54,895 nt of DNA, taken from an uncultured Pseudohongiella sp. (GTDB lineage Bacteria > Pseudomonadota > Gammaproteobacteria > Pseudomonadales > Pseudohongiellaceae). Numbering within the stretch: the stretch's first letter is position 1; each line of letters opens with the position of its first letter. The DNA lies in NCBI GenBank assembly GCA_964434395.1, contig CAYSVD010000006.1, positions 1 through 54,895 on the forward strand, in the 5' to 3' direction. Below the pieces are notes generated by a model. That model was not told where the DNA came from and searched no databases. It worked only from the letters and a program-made list of their open reading frames with translations. This document shows, in pieces, positions 1 to 8,379 of this stretch. A program made the position numbers and the translations under genes.

Positions 1-213
1 GGTCCGGCGTTTTCCGTCAACAGGCCGGCTAAGCCGCGACGCTCAGGCACCCGATGGCTCCGCGCATACAGATCTTCTCGCCCATGCGGCACCACACCCC
101 AATTCGATTGCACACTGAGGGTCCATACCATGCGAAGAGACTGAGTGGCCGATCATCGAAAACGCGCTTCGTCGCTCCCGAACGGATGGACGGTTGCCAG
201 CGAAACCACCGGC

Positions 214-876
214 TCAGTAACCGAGCAAAGGCCTGGGTGATGTCCGCCTCACCACCGTTCCGTCTTCGCCGTACTCGATAAAATGCTCCGGTCCGGTGCT
301 TTGCTCATATTCCTCGCTTTCGTGCCCGTCCGCAAAGGACGCCTCGCCGATCACTACCGAGTCCGACAGACCCTTCTCGGTCAATTTCGACAACAGGAGC
401 CGTTGAAAGACGCCGCGATGCCATACTCGAGGCGGGCCAAATGCCCGCAGGTCGGTCGGCAGGATCCGGTAGTGCTGAACAAGCGTCAGATAGTCAGTGC
501 CGAGGCCATACCACATGAAATAACAACTGTAGATGTCATCGGGAAAAAGGTATTTGTTCTCCGGCGACGCCAAGAGGCCCTTCGGCGACAATACAAACCC
601 GTGAATATCCATCGCCTCGCGGACGGTATTCATGACCTCGTCCTCCCGGTTCCGAATCTTCAACGTCAAAAATTTCCTCTCCGACCTGAAGTCGACTGCA
701 CAAGATGGTTGCGAAAAATCAAGCAGCTCGGGACGCAACCTGCGCACATCATCCGCTGTCCAATATCTGGGCCATTCCTCGCCGAACGGTTCGGGCTGTC
801 GGACGGTCAACGAGCACGCCGACAGCACAGACAGATACAGCAAGGTTGTTGGTAGCGGGTGTTGTCGCTTTTTCAT
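214..876 (-). CDS. Secreted lipoprotein of unknown family (paralog of 913..1563)
   Basis: 220-aa ORF with an N-terminal signal peptide and LSAC lipobox. Shares the blocks LDFSxPxC, PDDxxxCYFMWYGLGTD, HYR, LLLS, GLS and STGPEHxxEY with the adjacent ORF. Local GC is visibly below the window norm. Confidence 0.6.
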   Translation of the reverse strand: MKKRQHPLPTTLLYLSVLSACSLTVRQPEPFGEEWPRYWTADDVRRLRPELLDFSQPSCAVDFRSERKFLTLKIRNREDEVMNTVREAMDIHGFVLSPKGLLASPENKYLFPDDIYSCYFMWYGLGTDYLTLVQHYRILPTDLRAFGPPRVWHRGVFQRLLLSKLTEKGLSDSVVIGEASFADGHESEEYEQSTGPEHFIEYGEDGTVVRRTSPRPLLGY

Positions 877-912
877 ATGGACTCGCCTAGCCTGAGCAAA
901 AGAACCGGATTC

Positions 913-1563
913 TCAGTGGAAGTTTATGATCAGTTTGATTAGGTTTCCGTTCACATCGTATTCCACCTCGTGCTCCGGGCCGGTGCTTTCCTTGTGTTCT
1001 TCATAGAAATGATGCTCGCGACTGAGAACTCTTGTCCTGTCGACCCGCACAAAGCGAGACAAGCCGTTTGCGGAAAAACGCGACAGCAACAACTGATGAA
1101 ATGCGTCGGCGTCCCATACTGAGAACGGCCCCTTAAGGAACCAGATTCTTTCCGGAAAATACCTGTAGTGTTCCACAAACATCATGTCGTCGGTACCAAG
1201 GCCGTACCACATGAAGTAGCAGACGTGGACGTCATCGGGGTGGATGTAACGGTTTTCGGAAGGCACCCGAGGATTTTCCGGTAACGGCGCAAGGCCGTAG
1301 AGACGCATCGCCTCAAAAATAGCGCTCACAACTTCGCTACGGCGACCCAACACTTTTACTGTCAGATGTCTTCCGTTCTCGGCCACTCCGCATCTGGGAC
1401 GGGAAAAATCAAGGTGCTCCGCATACAACTCGCGCGCCTCATCCGCGGTTCGACAAGGCCCGAGCACACCGCATGATCTCGGCTCCGGGGAATTGTCAGG
1501 TTGCTGGGCGCAATGCGGCAACAACAGCAACACGGATAGATACAGCAAGCCGATTTTACGCAT
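913..1563 (-). CDS. Secreted protein of unknown family (paralog of 214..876)
   Basis: 216-aa ORF with a hydrophobic N-terminal signal sequence ending in Cys (LLLLPHCAQQ). Has the same conserved blocks as 214..876. Lies 36 nt upstream of its paralog on the same strand, in low-GC sequence. Confidence 0.6.
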   Translation of the reverse strand: MRKIGLLYLSVLLLLPHCAQQPDNSPEPRSCGVLGPCRTADEARELYAEHLDFSRPRCGVAENGRHLTVKVLGRRSEVVSAIFEAMRLYGLAPLPENPRVPSENRYIHPDDVHVCYFMWYGLGTDDMMFVEHYRYFPERIWFLKGPFSVWDADAFHQLLLSRFSANGLSRFVRVDRTRVLSREHHFYEEHKESTGPEHEVEYDVNGNLIKLIINFH

Positions 1564-1566
1564 AAG

Positions 1567-2031
1567 CTATCGCCCTTGGGCGGACCTCTTGTCTGGCAAA
1601 CATTCCCAGCCAGCATAATAGCCATCTTGGGACGGCACGGTATATTTCGTCAGCTTCGTGTTGCTCGGAAGGTTATACTTTTGGTCTTCGGTGCTGATTT
1701 GCTTGGATAAAAGTCTTGGCCCCATCACGGTACGCACTCTGATCCCGCCAGGAAGCATCTCACCATCAGTCCACTCATTATCAACCAACCCAACTCCCTG
1801 ACGGCAACCGCCAGAGTAATAATACCATAATCCCCAACCGGATGGGTTGCCGTTCCGACCCGGACAACGCGTGGTCAATGGCTCTAGCGCAGAATCCTGA
1901 CGAACCGCTAGCGTCCGACAACCCAGCCGATCATGGTTATCCTCCATACTCATCGGCATCGGACAGATATGCTCATCGACGCAGAAGACCTCCTCGACCT
2001 TCAACGGCGCCGGCGACGGCGGTTGCCGCAT
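1567..2031 (-). CDS. Small Cys/Trp/Tyr/Gly-rich hypothetical protein (start uncertain)
   Basis: The C-terminal ~130 codons of ORF 1567..2193 are low-GC and protein-like (GWGLWYYYSGGCRQGVGLV, YYAGWEC). The Arg-rich N-terminal part overlaps 2057..2734 out of frame, so I trimmed to the ATG at 2031; alternative ATGs lie at 1959, 1953 and 1947. Its stop is 3 nt from the next start. No signal peptide and no recognisable domain. Confidence 0.35.
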   Translation of the reverse strand: MRQPPSPAPLKVEEVFCVDEHICPMPMSMEDNHDRLGCRTLAVRQDSALEPLTTRCPGRNGNPSGWGLWYYYSGGCRQGVGLVDNEWTDGEMLPGGIRVRTVMGPRLLSKQISTEDQKYNLPSNTKLTKYTVPSQDGYYAGWECLPDKRSAQGR

Positions 2032-2056
2032 CTGGGGAACAGGGGCGGATCGTGGC

Positions 2057-2734
2057 TTACGCTCGCCGCTCGGCACCACGCCGCCGCGGAGTCTGCTGTT
2101 CCAAGGCCGCGGCAGCGGCCTGCAAAAGAACCTGCCGCCCGCCCGGTATCGCTTCCAACAGCTTGCGGGAAATTTCGCCCTCAACCGCGGCATAGGATCG
2201 CATTGCCGTCACATAACGGTCGGCGCCCATGACATCTTGGAGGAAGGCTCCGGCCGTGCCCAGCTCCTCGCAACAATACTCGGCGCCAGCCGCTCTGAAT
2301 CGATTGAACGCGATCGTCAGCGCCCACTCCGTCTCGTTCCCGCGGCCGATGGACTCGGCTGCCGCCGCCAGCGTCGTCGCCAGCCAGCCATTGTCGTCCA
2401 GAGTGGCGACGGCGCGGGTGGCATCCCGCCGCAACATCAGCACGTGGAAGTTGTCGGCGAGCGCTATTACTTTCGCGCCCTGGATGGCATGGGCGCTGTC
2501 GTCGACGTCCACCTCCAGCACCACCACCACGAGCCTGCCGTCCGCCGGATCCTCCGGCGCACAGACGCAGACCACATCGCGTCCGCTGGCCCAGCGGCTC
2601 GGCTCCACCGGCGGGATCGGCAGATCCTTCGCCTTGGTGTCTTTGGGCGCGGGCACTGGCCAGAACTCCACCTTCCAGCCGGGCCCCATGCAGTCCGGAA
2701 CCAAGGCGGTCCCGCCGTTCTCACTCCCGCTCAC
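2057..2734 (-). CDS. Hypothetical cytoplasmic protein
   Basis: 225-aa ORF with a GTG start and GGAGGA 6 nt upstream. Its composition is high-GC, unlike the three ORFs downstream. No domain recognised. Confidence 0.5.
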   Translation of the reverse strand: MSGSENGGTALVPDCMGPGWKVEFWPVPAPKDTKAKDLPIPPVEPSRWASGRDVVCVCAPEDPADGRLVVVVLEVDVDDSAHAIQGAKVIALADNFHVLMLRRDATRAVATLDDNGWLATTLAAAAESIGRGNETEWALTIAFNRFRAAGAEYCCEELGTAGAFLQDVMGADRYVTAMRSYAAVEGEISRKLLEAIPGGRQVLLQAAAAALEQQTPRRRGAERRA

Positions 2735-2899
2735 AGATCATCCTCCATCTAACCAGCATCGGGATTGGTGCCGGTCAAAACTCGTGGCGGCGGCGCTCAG
2801 CGCCCAATCCCCTGCAATTGTCGCCACTCCCGAACACTCGCCGATGCCGTCGCCGCGATGACTCGCTCAGGTCCGTCCGGCGGTCGAGACGAATTTAGA

Positions 2900-3426
2900 C
2901 GATGGCGGCGGTGTCGGTCCAATCGGGGCCGGCATGGGGAGCCGCCCGTCCACTGATCGGCCACCGGGTGCCTGGTCCCGCCGCCTAAGGACCGACCGGC
3001 GCGGGCAAGGACTGGCTGGCCTGCGCCCAGGTGCATGAAAAGGTTGCCGGGAGGGCGCAGCGCCCTGTACCTGCGCCTGCCCCGGATGTTGCGGAATCTG
3101 ATGGCGGCCAAGGACCAGAGCCAGTGCCCCAAGCAGCTGGCCCCCTCGCCAAGGTCGAGATCCTGGTCATCGACGACTGGGGCCTGGCGCGCCTGACCGG
3201 GGAGAACCGCCGCGATCTGCTGGAGGTCCAGGATGATCGGCGCGGCGCCCGCTCGACGGCGATCACCAGCCAGCCGATCAAGGAATGGCACAGACTGGTC
3301 GACGGCCCCACCCTAGCCGACGCCATCCTGGACTGGCCGGTTCGCAACGCCCACAGGATCGACCCGAGCGGACCATCAATGCGAAAACTGAACCGGCCTC
3401 TGACAAGACGGGAGGATTCGGGATAG
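2900..3426 (+). pseudogene. istB: Decayed IS21-family istB (IstB-like ATPase) remnant
   Basis: Walker A GPTGAGKDWLACA is preceded by an in-frame TAA at 2986-2988. ALYLRLPRMLRNL reads in a second frame. LAKVEILVIDDWGL...DLLEVQDDRRGARSTAITSQPIKEWH...GPTLADAILD...NAHRI...GPSMRK reads in the listed ORF 3031..3426. There are therefore at least two frameshifts plus one stop. No istA is present. The left boundary is approximate. Confidence 0.65.
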
Positions 3427-3757
3427 AAACACGTCCCCTGCGATGCCGCCGATCTCCCAGGGTGGAAGGTTTGCCGTGAACCGGGTGGCACATTTTCAGC
3501 GAAATTCGGCAGCTTCGGTTCCCTCGAGAGCCCTTCCGGAGTCCCTTTTGCGTCCTTAAGGAACTTGGGATTGAATCAAGCGACCAAATCGAACGAGATG
3601 GCGGGCGAAAGCCCCCCGCTCCGCCTACCCCTCCGTCTCCATTTCCGCCCCCAACATCCGCCCCCATTCCCTTTGCGCGGCGGGCGCGGCGCCGCTATAT
3701 TGGCGGAACGCGCGCGGCGGCCCGCCGCGACAGCGCCCGCCCTCGACGGAGGCCGCC

Positions 3758-5452
3758 ATGTCCCGCCTTTCCCGACGCAAGTTCATCGGCTCCAGCGCCG
3801 CCCTGGCGGCGGCCGGGCTGGGCCTTCCCGCCCGCGGCGCGACGGCCGCCGCCGACCCGCCCGCGGATGCCGCGCCGGACTACGTGGTGGTCAACGCGCG
3901 GGTGTTCACCAGCGACGCCGCCATGCCGCGGGCCGGGGCCTTCGCGGTCAAGGGCGGCCGCTTCGCGGCGGTGGGCGGCTCCGGCGACATCCGCAACCTG
4001 GCCGGCCCGCGCACCGAAATCATCGACGCGCAGGGCATGTTCGTCGCGCCGGGCTTCATCGACGCCCACTCCCACCCCTCCGGCGCGGGGGTCAACGAGC
4101 TGGTGCAGGTGAACGCCGACCTGCGCTCCATCGCCGAGATCAAGGCGGCGCTGACGCGGCGGGCCGGCGCCACGCCCCGCGGACGGTGGGTGCGCGCCTT
4201 CAAGTACGACGACACCAAGCTGGCCGAGGGCCGGCCCCTCAACCGCTTCGACATCGACGACGCCGTCCCCGACCACCCGGTGGTGGTGGGCCACCGCGGC
4301 GGCCACACCGCGGTGTACAACAGCATGGCGCTGGCGCTGGCGGGCGTCACGGCGGAGACGCCGGACCCGGACGGCGGCAGGTTCTACCGGGACGCCGACG
4401 GCGTCCTGACCGGGCTGGCGGCCGAGAAGGCGCGGCGGGCGTTCGACGGGCTGATCCCCTCGGGCTCCACCCGCGAGCAGCGCCGCGACGGCGTCAAGCT
4501 GATCACCGAGCTGATGACCCGGGCCGGTCTGACCTCGGTGCATCAGGCCAGCGCCGGACGCGACGACCTGATCGCCTACCAGGACGCGCGGGCGGACGGC
4601 GGCATGCGCTTCCGCATGTACCTGTTCCCCCGGGGCCGGCTGTTCGACGACCTGGCGAACGCCGGGATCCGCACCGGGTTCGGGGACGAGGTGCTGCGCA
4701 TCGGCGCCGTCAAGTACAGCGCCGACGGCTCCGCCTCGGAGCGCACCATGCGCATGAGCACCCCCTTCGAGGGCCGCCCGGACGACCACGGCATCCTCAC
4801 CATGAGCCAGGAGGAGATCCACGAGGCGGCGGAGAACGCCCACCGCAGGGGCTTCCAGGTCGGCATCCACGCCAACGGCGACGTCGCCATCGACATGGTG
4901 CTCAACGCCTACGAGCGGGTCCAGCGGCTGTGGCCGCGGTCCGACCCGCGCCACCGCATCGAGCACTGCTCGCTGGTCAACCCGGAACTGCTGCGCCGCA
5001 TCAAGGCCGTCGGCGCGATCCCCACTCCCTTCTACAGCTACGTCCACTACCACGGCAACAAGTGGGTGGAGTACGGCGAGGAGAAGATGCGCTGGATGTT
5101 CGCCCACCGCTCCTTCCTGGACCACGGCATTCCGGCGGCGCCGGCGTCGGACTACACCCCCGGCCCCTACGAGCCCCTGATGGCGTTGCAGAGCATGGTC
5201 ACCCGCAAGGACTTCGAGGGCCGGGTGTGGGGGCCGAACCAGCGCATCAGCGTGGACGAGGCGCTCCTCGTCTGCACCATCAACGGCGCCCGGGCCTCGT
5301 TCGAGGAGGACATCAAGGGCAGCATCGCCGCCGGCAAGCTGGCGGACTTCGTCATCCTGGCCGACGACCCCCGCGAGACGGACCCGGACCGGATCAAGCA
5401 CATCGAGGTGGTGCGCACCGTGGTGGGCGGCGTCGCCATGCACGGCGCCTGA
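3758..5452 (+). CDS. Tat-exported amidohydrolase-family metal-dependent hydrolase (Amidohydro_3/YtcJ-like)
   Basis: 564 aa with a twin-arginine signal (SRRKFIGSSAALAAAG). Motifs FIDAHSHP, HANGD and HRIEHC are present. GGAGG lies upstream of the ATG. Confidence 0.9.
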   Translation: MSRLSRRKFIGSSAALAAAGLGLPARGATAAADPPADAAPDYVVVNARVFTSDAAMPRAGAFAVKGGRFAAVGGSGDIRNLAGPRTEIIDAQGMFVAPGFIDAHSHPSGAGVNELVQVNADLRSIAEIKAALTRRAGATPRGRWVRAFKYDDTKLAEGRPLNRFDIDDAVPDHPVVVGHRGGHTAVYNSMALALAGVTAETPDPDGGRFYRDADGVLTGLAAEKARRAFDGLIPSGSTREQRRDGVKLITELMTRAGLTSVHQASAGRDDLIAYQDARADGGMRFRMYLFPRGRLFDDLANAGIRTGFGDEVLRIGAVKYSADGSASERTMRMSTPFEGRPDDHGILTMSQEEIHEAAENAHRRGFQVGIHANGDVAIDMVLNAYERVQRLWPRSDPRHRIEHCSLVNPELLRRIKAVGAIPTPFYSYVHYHGNKWVEYGEEKMRWMFAHRSFLDHGIPAAPASDYTPGPYEPLMALQSMVTRKDFEGRVWGPNQRISVDEALLVCTINGARASFEEDIKGSIAAGKLADFVILADDPRETDPDRIKHIEVVRTVVGGVAMHGA

Positions 5453-5461
5453 GCGCCGTCT

Positions 5462-6841
5462 TCAGCCCGCCCCGGCGGGCGCCTCGACGACCGGCCGAAG
5501 GCAACGGTCGTCCTCGTCGAACCACAGCCTGCCGACCGGCGCGGCCGCGCGCCGCAGGGTTCCCGCGCGCAGGTCCCACAGGTCGCCGTTGGCGCCCACC
5601 AGCCGCCGCGGCACCCCGGCGGCCCGGGCCAGCTCGGCGTTGGCCCGCATGTGCCGGGGCTCGCCGTGCACCGGCACCGCCAGCCGGGGCCTGAGCCAGC
5701 GGTACATCCGGTCCAGCTCCCCGGCGCAGGGATGACCCGAGGCGTGCAGGGGGCGGTCCGCCTCGTCGGCGTGGGTGACCCTGACGCCCCGCTCCCTGAA
5801 CCGGGCCGTCAGCCGCTCCACCTCCCGCTCGTTGCCCGGAATGGTCTTGGCGCTGAACACCACATGGTCGCCGGCGGCGAGGTTGACGTCGGGATGGGTG
5901 TCCATGGCCAGCCGGTGCAGCGCCGCCCGGGGCTCGCCCTGGCTGCCGGTGGCGATCAGCAGCGTCTCGCCGGGCGGCAGGTAGCCGATGTCGGCCGGAC
6001 GCGCCGTGTTGAAGTTCTCCGCAAGATAGCCGGCCGCGCGGGCGCAGGACACCATGCGCGTCAGCGAGCGGCCCAGCAGGCCGATGTGCCGGCCGGCCAC
6101 GCGGGCCACGTTGCCCAGGGTCTGCAGGCGGGCGATGTTGCTGGCGAAGCAGCCGACCACCGCCCTGCCCTGCGAAGAGGAGACCGCTTCCAGCAGCCCG
6201 GCGAACAGCTCCGATTCGGACGCCGAATGGCCCTCCACGGTGGCGTTGGTGGAGTCGCAGACCACCGCGTCGATCCCCGTTCGCCCCAGCTCGCGGTAGC
6301 GCCCGCCATCGATGGCGTCGCCGACGACGGGCCCCGAGTCCAGCTTCCAGTCGGCGGTGTGCAGCACGCGCCCGGCCGGGGTCTCGATCAGCAACGCGTG
6401 GGTCTCCGGCGTGCTGTGGGTGATCGGCACCCAGGTCACCCGGAACGGCCCGATGACCTGGGTCTCGCCGGACTTCACCGTGACGACCGGCGCGGGCGCG
6501 TCCTGCCGGCGCAGCTTGCCCCGCAGCACGTTGCGGGTGAACGGCGTGGTGTACACCGGACAGCCGAAGCGCTCCCACAGGTGGGCGATGGCCCCGATGT
6601 GGTCCTCGTGGGCGTGGGTGGCGACGATGCCGTCCAGCGCGCCGCTGCGGTTTTCGATGAACACCGGATCCGGCATTTCCACCCGGTGGCGCCCGTCCGG
6701 CATCAGACGCTCGCTCGAGAAGGTGACGCCGCAATCCACCATCAGCCACCGGCCGGCGTGGCCGTACAGGTTGAGGTTCATGCCGATCTCGCCGCAGCCG
6801 CCGAGCGGCACGAACCACAGATCCTTGTGGGAGGGCGTCAC
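5462..6841 (-). CDS. rnj: Ribonuclease J (metallo-beta-lactamase / beta-CASP)
   Basis: Motifs LWFVPLGGCGEIGMN and HAHEDHIGA (HxHxDH), followed by a beta-CASP region. The 788-aa ORF was trimmed to the GTG at 6841, because its upstream part overlaps the AEC gene out of frame. Confidence 0.85.
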   Translation of the reverse strand: MTPSHKDLWFVPLGGCGEIGMNLNLYGHAGRWLMVDCGVTFSSERLMPDGRHRVEMPDPVFIENRSGALDGIVATHAHEDHIGAIAHLWERFGCPVYTTPFTRNVLRGKLRRQDAPAPVVTVKSGETQVIGPFRVTWVPITHSTPETHALLIETPAGRVLHTADWKLDSGPVVGDAIDGGRYRELGRTGIDAVVCDSTNATVEGHSASESELFAGLLEAVSSSQGRAVVGCFASNIARLQTLGNVARVAGRHIGLLGRSLTRMVSCARAAGYLAENFNTARPADIGYLPPGETLLIATGSQGEPRAALHRLAMDTHPDVNLAAGDHVVFSAKTIPGNEREVERLTARFRERGVRVTHADEADRPLHASGHPCAGELDRMYRWLRPRLAVPVHGEPRHMRANAELARAAGVPRRLVGANGDLWDLRAGTLRRAAAPVGRLWFDEDDRCLRPVVEAPAGAG

Positions 6842-6858
6842 GACGATGCTCCGGCGCG

Positions 6859-7764
6859 CTACGGCCAGCGTCCGCCGAGGGCGGTCCACAGCGGGACCGT
6901 GACGAAGGCCGCCAGCGTCTGCGCGGTGACGATGTTGGCCATCAGCCCCGCGTCCCCGCCCAACTGCCGCGCCAGGATATAGGCCGAGGGCGGCGCGGGC
7001 AGGCAGGTCAGCAACAGCAGCACCGCGGCCAGTCCGGCGTCCACCCGGAACAGCAGGCAGGCGCCGGCGGCCAGCGCCGGAAACAGCGCCAGCTTGTTGA
7101 ACAGCGCCGTCAGCAGGGGCCGGCGTTGCCCGCCCAGCCCCGCCGTCCGGATGCCCGCGCCCACCGCCAACAGGCCGAGCGGCAGGGCCGGCAGGGCGAG
7201 GAGGCCGAGGATGTCCGCCGCCGGACCGGGCAACGCCAAGCCGGTCGCGGCGAGGCCGATGCCGGCCAGGCAGGCCAGCACCAGCGGGTTGCCCAAGACC
7301 GCGCCGGCGACCGCGCGCCACCCCCGGCCCCCGTCGTCGAGGCTCAGGGCGGTCACGCTGAGCGCGTTGACCAGCGGGACGTAGACCGCCAAGCACAGGA
7401 CCGCCAGCTCCGCGGCGCGCCCGCCGGGCAGCGCGTCCGCCACGGCCAGCGCGATGTAGGTGTTGAAGCGGATGCTGCCCTGGTAGACGGAAGTCAGCGC
7501 ACCGGCGCCGACGAAGCGCCGCAGGAGGACGACCAGCGCGCTCATCGCCGCCAGCGCCGGGGCGATGACCAGAGCGATGGACGCCAGCTCCCCGGGCCGC
7601 GGATCGGACGCGGCCAGGCGCGTCACCAGCAGCGCGGGGAAGAACAGGTAGTAGACCAGCCGCTCCATCTGCTCCCACGCGTCGGCGCGCGGCAACAGGG
7701 TGCGGCTCAGCGCGAATCCCAGCGCGACGACGGCGAGTATGGGAAAAAGCGCGCCGAAGATCAT
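6859..7764 (-). CDS. AEC-family (auxin efflux carrier-like) membrane transporter
   Basis: 301 aa and polytopic hydrophobic, with a typical N-terminus MIFGALFPILAVVALGFAL. Lies 17 nt upstream of rnj on the same strand. Confidence 0.85.
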   Translation of the reverse strand: MIFGALFPILAVVALGFALSRTLLPRADAWEQMERLVYYLFFPALLVTRLAASDPRPGELASIALVIAPALAAMSALVVLLRRFVGAGALTSVYQGSIRFNTYIALAVADALPGGRAAELAVLCLAVYVPLVNALSVTALSLDDGGRGWRAVAGAVLGNPLVLACLAGIGLAATGLALPGPAADILGLLALPALPLGLLAVGAGIRTAGLGGQRRPLLTALFNKLALFPALAAGACLLFRVDAGLAAVLLLLTCLPAPPSAYILARQLGGDAGLMANIVTAQTLAAFVTVPLWTALGGRWP

Positions 7765-8076
7765 GACGGCATTTTAGCACCTCTTCCCGGACGTCCGGGC
7801 GCGTCAGTGTCAGTCTTCGCTTGTCCAAGCCATGCGACGGAGTGCGCCGAAATCTCCGTCAACTCACCAAACGATTCCTAGCTTGTTCAATCCATTGTAT
7901 TTACTGCTTTTTATTCCTCGGCATCCGTGTGCAATATCAGGGTTCGCAACATGGTACTATCGACTGGTCCCTTTTGTTATACTTCATCCGATTCCATCCG
8001 GCTTACGTTCATCCTGAGGGCATACCCTGCCCCGGAGACTTAGACGTGACAAGCATAACTCTGGCAGGATTCCGTC

Positions 8077-8379
8077 TTGAACGTTGTTTTCAGAACAAAA
8101 CAGTTGGAATACTGTTACAAAAGCCATCAAAAAGCCGTCCGAAGGTATGGCCCGGTTGTCGGAAAAAAATACATCCAGTGCGTCACTACGATTCAGAGGG
8201 TCAAGGACATTCGAGAACTTACGGAGAGAGCCGGGTTGCGATGCCATATCTTGAAAGGGGATCGAGAAGGACAGTACGCTATTAATATCACCGTCCGCTA
8301 TCGATTGATATTCTCTTTGCAAGATGCGTTGCTGAAGATCATCCGCATTGAGGAGGTAAGCAAACATTATGGCGATTGA
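8077..8379 (+). CDS. higB: HigB-type (RelE/ParE superfamily) toxin
   Basis: 100 aa with the motif LRCHILKGDREGQYAINITVRYRLIF...IEEVSKHYGD, matching the HigB killer-protein pattern. TTG start with AGGA 7 nt upstream. Lies in a low-GC islet and overlaps the downstream gene by 11 nt. Confidence 0.85.
   Translation: MNVVFRTKQLEYCYKSHQKAVRRYGPVVGKKYIQCVTTIQRVKDIRELTERAGLRCHILKGDREGQYAINITVRYRLIFSLQDALLKIIRIEEVSKHYGD

Noticed and set aside
54-281. A 75-aa ORF at the left edge, and a 36-codon minus-strand ORF within 1-213.
   Set aside because: Neither has an RBS or a recognisable sequence. The first overlaps the end of the lipoprotein gene, so the region is treated as non-coding.
3486-3500. TGGCAC motif suggesting a sigma54 promoter downstream of the istB remnant.
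   Set aside because: The -12 element is absent: the sequence reads TGGCACATTTTCAGC rather than TGGCAC-N5-TTGC. A similar GGCA...TGCA string at 48930-48950 has the wrong spacing.
3565-5694. Long ORFs overlapping the amidohydrolase gene (3565..5694 +, 3695..5443 -). The same pattern recurs across the window: 13671..15734, 17015..19225, 21482..23749, 34097..36652, 36726..38249, 40378..45258, 51489..54344, 26764..28191, 27831..29747, 9764..11014, 11011..12915 and 12472..14052.
   Set aside because: Their translations are Arg/Ala/Gly/Pro-rich low complexity, which is typical of off-frame or antisense reading of very GC-rich DNA. Each is overlapped by an ORF with clear domain signatures.
5462-7828. 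A 788-aa ORF that would fuse RNase J with upstream sequence.
   Set aside because: The first ~330 codons overlap the AEC transporter gene out of frame and are low complexity. The ORF was trimmed to the GTG at 6841.
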